64,000 bases of DNA from an uncultured Planctomycetota bacterium. Its GTDB lineage: Bacteria; Planctomycetota; Planctomycetia; Pirellulales; Thermoguttaceae. Shown here one piece after another: positions 49,546 through 57,178 of this stretch (within the stretch, counting starts at the first letter, position 1; each line of letters begins with the position of its first letter). A program made the position numbers and the translations under genes. The stretch lies in contig CADACS010000002.1 in the NCBI GenBank assembly GCA_902786505.1, positions 6,684-70,683 on the forward strand. Reading direction: 5' to 3'. The notes beneath the pieces are model-generated. The model saw only the letters and a list, made by a program, of their open reading frames with translations. It made no database searches and was not told the origin of the DNA.

Positions 49546-49749
49546 ATGCTAGTTGTTTCGAGACGAAATGGCGAGAGCGTTTGTTTGGGCGACGACGTTA
49601 AAATCACCGTGGTTGAGATCAAAGGATCGAGAATTCGTTTAGGTATTACCGCCGACGAAGGAACGTTGATTCTTCGATCGGAGAAAAAGACCGACGGCGT
49701 GGTGAAACCGCCCGAAAAACGCCCGGCTAAGAAAGCGAAAGCCGCTTGA
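49546..49749 (+). CDS. csrA: carbon storage regulator CsrA-like RNA-binding protein
   Basis: Internal ATG at 49546 with an AAGGAG RBS. MLVVSRRNGESVCLGDDVKITVVEIKGSRIRLGITADEGTLILRSE aligns with the remembered MLILTRRVGE...VRIGVNAPKEVSVHREE pattern (the Arg44 equivalent is kept). Confidence 0.8.
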   Translation: MLVVSRRNGESVCLGDDVKITVVEIKGSRIRLGITADEGTLILRSEKKTDGVVKPPEKRPAKKAKAA

Positions 49750-49775
49750 TCAAGCGACCGTCTCAAATCCGATCG

Positions 49776-49811
49776 ACGCCCCGTGTGAAAAGCGCGGGGC
49801 GTTTTTGTTTT
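49776..49811 (+). terminator. Rho-independent terminator after csrA
   Basis: Stem ACGCCCCG/CGGGGCGT (49776..49783 and 49795..49802), followed by TTTTTGTTTT. Confidence 0.75.
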
Positions 49812-49868
49812 GGGCTAGGCTCCTCTGAGTTCAATCTTCTTTACTTAAGGAGTGTTTGAAGAGCCTTT

Positions 49869-49882
49869 GTTTCACGTGAAAC
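49869..49882. repeat. perfect palindrome GTTTCACGTGAAAC (copy 1 of 3)
   Basis: Read directly. The extended identical string tGTTTCACGTGAAACgt is shared with copy 2. Confidence 0.95.
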
Positions 49883-50026
49883 GTCGACCAATCTTGATAA
49901 AACAAGCGATTGACGCCAGCTTTTCTCCGTTTCCTGTTTGCCGTTTATTTAAGCATTCTTTCAGCGAGGGTAAATAATCTCTTTTGCACACGGCGGACTG
50001 TTTAGGCGAATAAGTTGTCTTCCTGT

Positions 50027-50351
50027 ATGAGACGTCGAGAAAGCAAAGCGTTATTTGGAGAGAAAGGCGCGTGGTTGGAAAACAGAGCCGCCGATTTGCG
50101 CTTAGGGAGTTATCGGTAGAAGAAACGGAAATGGTAAAGATGGGGCATCGACGCCGCACCCGACATTAATTGGCGGAAAAGATCCGCAGGTGCAGATGGC
50201 CGGAATTGTATATATTAGTGGCGGCAAAATTGCAAGTTACAATAATCGGAGCGGCCATTATAAAGGCCGTATAAAATCTATGCAGGTGGCAGATGAGGCG
50301 TTCGGAAAACTTCCGTCCAAACTTTTTAAGAAAGGACAACGAAAACGATGA
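50027..50351 (+). pseudogene. remnant of a polymorphic-toxin C-terminal domain (frameshifted, lacks an N-terminal region)
   Basis: Hand translation of 50106..50351 gives GVIGRRNGNGKDGASTPHPTLIGGKDPQVQMAGIVYISGGKIASYNNRSGHYKGRIKSMQVADEAFGKLPSKLFKKGQRKR*. No ATG lies before residue 31. An out-of-frame piece at 50027..50119 reads MRRRESKALFGEKGAWLENRAADLRLGSYR*. Confidence 0.45.
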
Positions 50352-50803
50352 AATCGATAGAAGAGTACACGGATTACTTGTTTAACTGTTCCTTTACAGA
50401 TGATTCCTTCGATCCGGAGGATCATGAGGAGCATTTGGAGGCGTCTTGGGAATTGTTTGAGCGCTACGCCTGGGAGGACATCTATCCTGTCTGGATGAAG
50501 CATCTCCACACGAATTGCCAGACTCCGGAAGAAGTTATCAATTTCGTGAACCTTTATGTTTACTATGAGGCGTTAAACAAGCCAATCAAGGATCCTATTG
50601 AGTTTGTCGGCTATCTCTACTACAAGGTAGATATGGATAAATACTGGGATGAAGCCGGCGAACTCTTCGATGGACTTGCTATAGAAGTTCTCTCAAACCG
50701 GGGACTTGTGAATATGATGGAAGACCCGTATTATAATCCGCTAAAAGACAAACGGATACAGAACGCGATATCAAATTGGGGAAAGAAGAACAAAGCGGAA
50801 TAA
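50348..50803 (+). CDS. hypothetical acidic protein, candidate immunity protein
   Basis: Its ATG overlaps the remnant's TGA (ATGA). 151 aa, visibly lower GC than the surrounding sequence. A hairpin follows it (CCGGACTGTT...AACAGCCCGG). Confidence 0.65.
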   Translation: MKSIEEYTDYLFNCSFTDDSFDPEDHEEHLEASWELFERYAWEDIYPVWMKHLHTNCQTPEEVINFVNLYVYYEALNKPIKDPIEFVGYLYYKVDMDKYWDEAGELFDGLAIEVLSNRGLVNMMEDPYYNPLKDKRIQNAISNWGKKNKAE

Positions 50804-51195
50804 AGTGATTTGCAACTCGCAATCAGAAAAGCCGGACTGTTGTCGCAATATTGGCATAACAGCCCGGTATTCTTTTCTATACCCACGCTGGATTCTCTGA
50901 CTGTATTTATCAGTCTAGGTCCTTTAGTCTGTTGCCCAGAGGGAAAGTGATATTGGTATTATTTGATAATCACATACCAATAAGATTCATCCTCCCTTTT
51001 GGTTTTCTTTTGTATATGAAACAACTTGATTTGTTGACTAGATTTCAATTTTGCGCCGTCAAAAGGACGGGTTGTTGTAGTGAATACAATAACCCGTCTT
51101 TTGTTACTCGGCCAATCAGACAGAAAAACCAAGCATAAATTTCCCCAAACTATCTCATGAGCTTCGTCCTTGAGAGTCGAGGCTTTCTGACAAAT

Positions 51196-51209
51196 GTTTC
51201 ACGTGAAAC
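51196..51209. repeat. perfect palindrome GTTTCACGTGAAAC (copy 2 of 3)
   Basis: Read directly. It lies 21 bp beyond the stop codon of the 51230..53041 gene. Confidence 0.95.
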
Positions 51210-51229
51210 GTGAGGCTAAGGGCCGAAAA

Positions 51230-53041
51230 TCATTTCTGAGCAGGAGCGGTTTTCGGCTGAATCTTAGCGGCGGGTTCCGCTTTCTTTTCTTCCGCTTTAG
51301 GCGCGTCGGCAGATTCCGCTTTTTCCTCGGCGGCTTTCTTCTGCGCTTCTTCCGCCTGCTTGCGGGAGAGCTTCAAGTTCTCCATATACGTTTCAAGGCT
51401 TTGCGCCAACGTATTGAGCGCTTCGACGTCGGAGGCTTTGCAGTAGTTCATGACGTACTCGACGGTATCGTCGTACAGCGTCGGCTTCTTATTCGATTCG
51501 CCAATAACGTCGATCGCCTGCTTGGCCATCATGAGCGCGGTAATCGCGCGCGGCGCGACGGCAAGATCTTTTTTGAACTGTTCAAGCGCGGCGTTGAAAT
51601 CGTCAATGCTTCCGGAATCTTCCGCGATCTTTGAGACGACGCTGGAGAAGCGCGCGCTGTAGACCTGCGCGACGAGCGCGGCGTATTTGTCGTCTTTGGC
51701 CGTTTCGTCAAGGAACGCCTGCTGCTTTTCCAGAACGGCGGGATCTTTAACGACCGCGTTGGTAATCAGGCGGAATTTCACTTCAATGAGACTGTCTTTG
51801 AGGTCGTCTTCCGGATCCTTGGCAATTTCCTGTTCGACGTACGCAAAGAGCCCGTCGACGTCGTCTTGTAAGCTGAACGACTGAATCTTAAGCCCGATCG
51901 ACTGCGTTTTGAGTTCCGGACGCGTTTTCGCTTCTTCGACGATTTGGTCGGCGAATTCGGTCAGCGCTTTTACGTTATCAGGATTCTCTCTCGCGGCGGT
52001 CAGGAGGGTTTGGCCTTTGACGGCGACGCCAAGCGCGTAAAGTTCCGCTTCTTCCTCTTTGAAGAGGCGCGCGATTAAGTCGTCGATCTTTTCCTGTTCC
52101 GGCTTGGGGGAATCAAGCAGGGTTTGGACGCGGAGCTGATAGACGTTCTTTTTGAGCTCCATCGAAAACTTGCCGTCGAGAAGCAGCGTAAAGAGCTTTT
52201 CTTTTTGATCTTCGTAGTCGGCAAGCGCTTTCTGATCGGCGTCGTCTTCTTTGCTCTTTTCGACTTCGCACGCGACGATCAAGGCGACGAGTTTCATCTC
52301 GTAAGCCTTTTCCTTAACTTTGTCGGAGCGCTTTTCGTCTTTAATGACGCCGTCGACGAAATCAAGGATCGACTTATCGAACGTGGAATCCGTTTCGACC
52401 TTTTTAATAAAGGCGTTCGCTTTCACTTCGATCGCGAAGAGCTGCAATTCTTCCTGTTCGCGCAGGAACGCTTCGTCGGCGAGCGCTTCAATCTTTTCGA
52501 GCTGCTCGGCCGGGCTTTCCTGGGAGGACGCGAGCACCTGCAGTTTGAGCTGATACGCCTTGACGAGTTCTTCGTCGGTTTTGGCGTTTTTGAGATTGTC
52601 TTCAACGAAAACGTTGAGATCGGCGGCCGCCTTTTCGTCGACGTTCGCGCGCGTCGTAAGGGATACGACTTTGAGCTGTACGGCGCGTTCGCGCTGTTCC
52701 GGCGTCAGATTGTCGAGCGCGAGAATCTTATTCGCGACGTTCAAGCTCGCCTGGGAGAAGGCGTCGACCAGCTTGTACATATCTTCCTGAGACTGAGGAC
52801 GCGGGAGTTTGTCCTGCAGCGTTTCGACAAATTCGAACAGCTGATCGGCGTCGGCGTCTTCCGGCGGAGTAAGGAGCGCGGGATCAATTTTGATTGCGTC
52901 CGGCTTAGCGAGCTCTTCGTCCATGAGTTGGTTCGTGGACAGGGACGCCGGCGCGGGCGCGGCGTCTTGACCGGCGGCGACGGTTCCGAACGCCAGAGAC
53001 GCGGCAAGACCGAGCACACAGTAAAAGCAACGGTTCAACAT
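51230..53041 (-). CDS. secreted alpha-helical repeat protein, Glu/Lys-rich (hypothetical)
   Basis: Signal peptide MLNRCFYCVLGLAASLAFGTVAAGQ. Recurring modules such as KAYQLKLQVLAS, KAYEMKLVALIV, NVYQLRVQTLLD and AVQLKVVSLTT. Ends in a Lys/Ala/Glu tail. Confidence 0.75.
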   Translation of the reverse strand: MLNRCFYCVLGLAASLAFGTVAAGQDAAPAPASLSTNQLMDEELAKPDAIKIDPALLTPPEDADADQLFEFVETLQDKLPRPQSQEDMYKLVDAFSQASLNVANKILALDNLTPEQRERAVQLKVVSLTTRANVDEKAAADLNVFVEDNLKNAKTDEELVKAYQLKLQVLASSQESPAEQLEKIEALADEAFLREQEELQLFAIEVKANAFIKKVETDSTFDKSILDFVDGVIKDEKRSDKVKEKAYEMKLVALIVACEVEKSKEDDADQKALADYEDQKEKLFTLLLDGKFSMELKKNVYQLRVQTLLDSPKPEQEKIDDLIARLFKEEEAELYALGVAVKGQTLLTAARENPDNVKALTEFADQIVEEAKTRPELKTQSIGLKIQSFSLQDDVDGLFAYVEQEIAKDPEDDLKDSLIEVKFRLITNAVVKDPAVLEKQQAFLDETAKDDKYAALVAQVYSARFSSVVSKIAEDSGSIDDFNAALEQFKKDLAVAPRAITALMMAKQAIDVIGESNKKPTLYDDTVEYVMNYCKASDVEALNTLAQSLETYMENLKLSRKQAEEAQKKAAEEKAESADAPKAEEKKAEPAAKIQPKTAPAQK

Positions 53042-53215
53042 TGAGAACTTTCTATATTCTAAGGTAAACGCCGAAAATAAAACGCGGCGCCATAGCGGCG
53101 TTCTATTTTCGCAACAGCGCTAAAATGCGCGGGAAAGAAACGTTATTGATACGCAAGAGCGTAGGTATTCATTGTAGCTAAACGAAATAAAAATAACAGA
53201 CGGGCGCAGGGAATT

Positions 53216-53959
53216 TTATTTATTTTTATGCGTTCGACGCGAATGCTTTTCACCGCCGAACGCGGGAACGGCGTCTGCTTTTCCAACGGCGGAAGATACG
53301 AATTGTATCCGCAGCTTCTCAGGATTTGCAACGATAACCCTTGTTGGGGTAACGACCGCGTCTACTTTCGCGTCCCGTTCGTCAACCGGAATCGCGTCGA
53401 GCATCTGTTCGTCCAGGCACAGGCCAATGAGGACCGCGTCGGAACGGAGCTGGGGAACGTAACGGTCGTAATACCCGGCGCCGCGCCCTAATCTCCTGCC
53501 CGCCGCGTCAAAACCGAGACCGGGCGTAACTAAAACGTCGACCGTCTCGGGCGCGATAAAAGACTTGGGATCGTCGCGCAGTTCCGGCAACGGTTCAAGA
53601 ATGCCAAACGGGGGCGCCTCCGCGAGATCGTCAAACCGCGGCCGGCCGGAAACCGGATCGGGCGCAGGCGTCTGTAAACGATAGAAACGCATTTCGTTTC
53701 CGACGCAATAAGGAACGGCGACGGCGTCGGCCCAATCGAACAGCGCGTGAAGAAAAGGGCGCGTCGGCGCTTCTTTTTTGAAGTCGACGTAAATACCGAC
53801 GACTTTCGCGCGCGTAAACGCGTCTATTTCACATAGGTTTTTATAGAGCGCGGCCGCCGTCTTCTCCCGGTCGAATTCGAGCGCCGACAGACGCGCTTTG
53901 AGCGCCGAGCGCGTTTGCTTTTTGAGGTCGGTTATTTCCTGCGGCGAACGGTCTTTCAT
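53216..53959 (-). CDS. 5-formyltetrahydrofolate cyclo-ligase family protein
   Basis: VGIYVDFKKEAPT..., FGILEP and VLVTPGLGFDAAGRRLGRGAGYYDRY are characteristic motifs. Confidence 0.85.
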   Translation of the reverse strand: MKDRSPQEITDLKKQTRSALKARLSALEFDREKTAAALYKNLCEIDAFTRAKVVGIYVDFKKEAPTRPFLHALFDWADAVAVPYCVGNEMRFYRLQTPAPDPVSGRPRFDDLAEAPPFGILEPLPELRDDPKSFIAPETVDVLVTPGLGFDAAGRRLGRGAGYYDRYVPQLRSDAVLIGLCLDEQMLDAIPVDERDAKVDAVVTPTRVIVANPEKLRIQFVSSAVGKADAVPAFGGEKHSRRTHKNK

Positions 53960-54146
53960 TGACGCCTCCCATCTTGTGTTGCGTACGGTAGGAGTATAGC
54001 GCGCCGCGCCTTTTTTTCAATCGGAGATATTTTATTCAAACGCATTTATGTAAACGCGCTTCTTTTATAAAGACCGCGTCTGCGGCTTGGACGGAGTTGT
54101 TTTGATTCCGCGCATAACTTTGCGATTTCACGTGTTTGTCGGCGAC

Positions 54147-54160
54147 GTTTCACGTGAAAC
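54147..54160. repeat. perfect palindrome GTTTCACGTGAAAC (copy 3 of 3), with the extra half-site ATTTCACGTG at 54125..54134
   Basis: Read directly. It lies in the divergent intergenic region, about 130 bp upstream of the DUF1844 gene start. Confidence 0.95.
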
Positions 54161-54289
54161 GCGGGTTTTTCTTATATCGCGGCTCTTTTTTTACGGTTGT
54201 TTTGGCGTCGAATTTGCGTAAAATTACTCAAAAGAGCCCGTGTTTTTTGCGCGAGATTTACAAGCTGTTACAGAGAATAGGAGTTGACG

Positions 54290-54913
54290 ATGAGCGAGGA
54301 CGAAAAGAATACAAACGGGACCGCCGACGAAAGTCAGAGCTGCTGCTGCGGTAAAACGGAAGGCCATGAATGCTGCGGTCATGGAAAAGAAGAAGGCCAT
54401 GAATGCTGCGGTCATGGAAAAGAAGAAGGACACGAATGCTGCGGTCACGGAAAAGAAGACGGGCACGAATGCTGCTGCGGCCATGATCACGATCACGAAT
54501 GCGGCTGCGGGCATGATGGCGACGGCCATGAATGCGGCTGCGGACAAAACGCGAAGACCGAGAAGGCGAACGCGAATTCGGATTCCGACTTCTACGACGC
54601 CATGGCCGATTACCCCATGCCGAAACCGTCTCTGGTTACTTTTGCGACGACTCTTTCGCAGCAGGCGATGGTCGCGATGGGGATTCTTCCGCATCCGCTC
54701 GCAAAGAAGTCGGTCTTTATGCTCAATCAGGCGTCGTATCTTATCGATACGATCGAGCTGATCTTCGAGAAGACTGCCGGCAACCGTACCGAGGAAGAGA
54801 CGAAGACGTTAGACAATATCCTTCACGATCTCCGCATGCTCTTTATTGCCGCCTCTAATGAAAAGAAGCGGCGCGACGCGGAGAAGAAGGAACCGGAGAA
54901 GAAAGACGCGTAA
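54290..54913 (+). CDS. DUF1844-family protein with an N-terminal Cys/His-rich repeat extension
   Basis: The track start at 54284 is a TTG. ATG at 54290 lies 6 nt after AGGAG. The C-terminal half, SLVTFATTLSQQAMVAMGILPHP...IDTIELIFEKTAGNRTEEE...LHDLRMLFI, matches the remembered DUF1844 pattern. Confidence 0.85.
   Translation: MSEDEKNTNGTADESQSCCCGKTEGHECCGHGKEEGHECCGHGKEEGHECCGHGKEDGHECCCGHDHDHECGCGHDGDGHECGCGQNAKTEKANANSDSDFYDAMADYPMPKPSLVTFATTLSQQAMVAMGILPHPLAKKSVFMLNQASYLIDTIELIFEKTAGNRTEEETKTLDNILHDLRMLFIAASNEKKRRDAEKKEPEKKDA
54341..54545 (+). repeat. coding 33-bp tandem repeat (about 3.5 units) plus related Cys/His-rich codons
   Basis: ggccatgaatgctgcggtcatggaaaagaagaa occurs at 54362..54394 and is repeated at 54395..54427. 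A diverged third unit follows. The tract encodes GHECCGHGKEE units. Confidence 0.9.
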
Positions 54914-54946
54914 GTTAAGCGTCGGCGCGGCTTCTGTTTCTGTCAA

Positions 54947-54988
54947 ATAAAAAAGGACCGTCGAAGTTCGGCGGTCCTTTTCTTTTCT
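54947..54988. terminator. bidirectional terminator between the convergent genes
   Basis: Stem AAAGGACCG/CGGTCCTTT (54952..54960 and 54972..54980), flanked by an A-run and a T-run. Confidence 0.7.
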
Positions 54989-55017
54989 TGTAAACGAATT
55001 TCAAAATTCGCGGCTCG

Positions 55018-55773
55018 TTAGAGCGATTCAATTAACGAGAGACACGCGTTTTCGGTCGCGTCCCGGTCGAGCCCGTCCCGATGGAACGTATTCGGCGGCA
55101 ATAGATACTGCTGATCAAACGTTGGACTGAACGGGCAAGTCTTTTCAAACGCGTTGGAAAACAGACTTGGCGCGGTAAACCGAAACGCGTCGGACGGATC
55201 GACGAGCATAAGGTTTGTCGGAGCGCTCTCTATGACGTAGTCCTGTTCAAAGGTCAAAAGAAGCTGTTTGGGCTTAATATCTGCCAGCCGCCATCCGTGC
55301 GTTTCGAGCGCGGCTTCAATTTCTTTGAACGATTCTCGAATCAGTTCTCTGCATGGGGCGTTCACTCGCGCGCCGCTTTGAAGAACTTTGGCGAGCGTGT
55401 GCCCTTGAAAGAACGGGAACACAAGATATCCGCGCGTCGCCTGGCCGGACGAGACTCGTTTAGGATAAGCGTAATCGACGACAGGAGGAATTCGCCGACA
55501 GTCGACAGAGCCGATCGCGCGTTCGCGTTCGACAAGCGCGACGCCGTCCTGCGAACCGCAGAATTCTTCCCGAAGCGCCTTTAAAATAAAGGAATACGGA
55601 CCTTCGCTTTGACGCGGCCGCGCTAAAAACGTCTCAAAATACCGATTGGACAAAGAGGAACGGCGCCATGACGTCTCCCAACGGGAGAAACCTAAATCAG
55701 TCGTTTGCGCCGCGTCCCACGTTAACGAGGAGTGATCGCGGACGAACGCGCTTTGTTCTTGTAAAACTTGCAT
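55018..55773 (-). CDS. hypothetical protein (possible protein-kinase-like fold)
   Basis: ATG start, 251 aa. HGWRLADIKPKQLLL and LMLVDPSDAF loosely resemble the catalytic-loop and DFG-type motifs of Kdo/WaaP-like kinases. Confidence 0.6.
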   Translation of the reverse strand: MQVLQEQSAFVRDHSSLTWDAAQTTDLGFSRWETSWRRSSLSNRYFETFLARPRQSEGPYSFILKALREEFCGSQDGVALVERERAIGSVDCRRIPPVVDYAYPKRVSSGQATRGYLVFPFFQGHTLAKVLQSGARVNAPCRELIRESFKEIEAALETHGWRLADIKPKQLLLTFEQDYVIESAPTNLMLVDPSDAFRFTAPSLFSNAFEKTCPFSPTFDQQYLLPPNTFHRDGLDRDATENACLSLIESL

Positions 55774-56160
55774 ATCGCTTCTTAACGCCTATCGCGGCGG
55801 CAGGCCGGGGATCGACGTTCGAATAAAATACAAAACGAGCAAAAGTGACAAGGATTGGCAAGAATCTAAAACTCCGCCTACTCTTTTAATCGTCGATTCA
55901 AAACAAAATATTAGGCAAAATCAATAAAATTTATGCATCTTTACAGTCGAGTATACAGACAACGCCTAAGCGCGGCAGAATGGAATTGAGAGACAAACAG
56001 AGGCGTCGAAAAAGATAAATCTTACAACGACAAGAAATAAAAGAAGCCGACGACGGCCGCGCCCTTCCCCAAGCAGCGCGGCTGGCCGACTTCTTAATAA
56101 AAGTTCTTGCGCCGTTTACACGGCTTTTATATTACCGTATCGAACCGATACGCGCTTCCA

Positions 56161-56514
56161 TTAGAGACCGGCGGAAGCGTAAGATCCGGCCGGATATCCG
56201 CTGGCGGAAGTTCCGGTCGCGCTGCCGCAAGGCGTGCAGGGGCTGCACGGATTGCACTGGGTCGGCGCGCAGGGGGCGCAAACCTGAGAAGCGCTGGTCG
56301 TGTTCATCATAACGACTTCGCCGCTGCTCGCCGCGTTGACGATTCTCGGGCTGTTAGCCGCCGCGAGGCTCGAGCCGTCGTCGTAATTAGACGTAATAGC
56401 CGACGTGGGAATCCTTGACCCAGTACGGCTGAAACAGCTGGTCCCGCTCTTGCAACCGACGAAGACAGGGGAAGTTAGCAAAGCGATTAACGAGAACGTG
56501 ATTACTTTTTTCAT
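56161..56514 (-). CDS. small lipoprotein with a Cys/Pro-rich C-terminal cluster (hypothetical)
   Basis: Internal ATG at 56514 gives MKKVITFSLIALLTSPVFVGC (lipobox). The C-terminal part contains CAPCAPTQCNPCSPCTPCG. Confidence 0.6.
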   Translation of the reverse strand: MKKVITFSLIALLTSPVFVGCKSGTSCFSRTGSRIPTSAITSNYDDGSSLAAANSPRIVNAASSGEVVMMNTTSASQVCAPCAPTQCNPCSPCTPCGSATGTSASGYPAGSYASAGL

Positions 56515-57178
56515 TTTATGCGCTATCCGCCGACTTGTGTCGGACTTCAAATAATGTGAACGCCGGCCTAAATGCGCAAGTGTTAATATTCCGTTATTTA
56601 ACGCGAAACCTGCGCGACGCCGACGAAGTGTCGTCTCGGCCCAAGGCCGTACCTTGTAGACTCTCGTCGTACGTTTACTATCATAATTTCACGCCTGTTT
56701 CTTGCAATTGTTTTTTCCGTGCAGTTTGGGGGTTTATGGGAATTTTTAACGGCTTAAATCCTCCCTTTTCTCACAATCGGGAAGACTCTTTTTCTTGGCT
56801 TAGACGTGAATCCTGGCAGAGGCGTTTTTTTGTGCAAAGTTTTCTCAAGAACCAAAATTGGAAATAGCAAAATTTCTAAAAGTGAAATAAAGAGATTGTT
56901 CCCGATTTTCAGGGAAAGCGCTCAAGGAAAACCGACTTTTGCCGACGGACGAATAATCGTTACTTTTGGATTATCTGACAGACTTTTTTAAACTTTTTAT
57001 TTTTACCTAATCTTTGTCTTTTGTCCTGTTTGTTCTTCAGCCGTTGATATGATGAAAGGCGCGGTTTGCCTATTTTACCGCGTTTAAAGTAGATTTTGAC
57101 GCCGCCGAACGCCGCGAAAGATATGTTTTTTCGGCGCGAGCCGCGGTTAAAAGATAAATTGCAGTAAGGGTTGGGAAA

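Noticed and set aside
50932-51138. 68-aa ORF in the tail of the low-GC islet.
   Set aside because: It has no RBS and spans two hairpins. It is more likely non-coding or decayed sequence.
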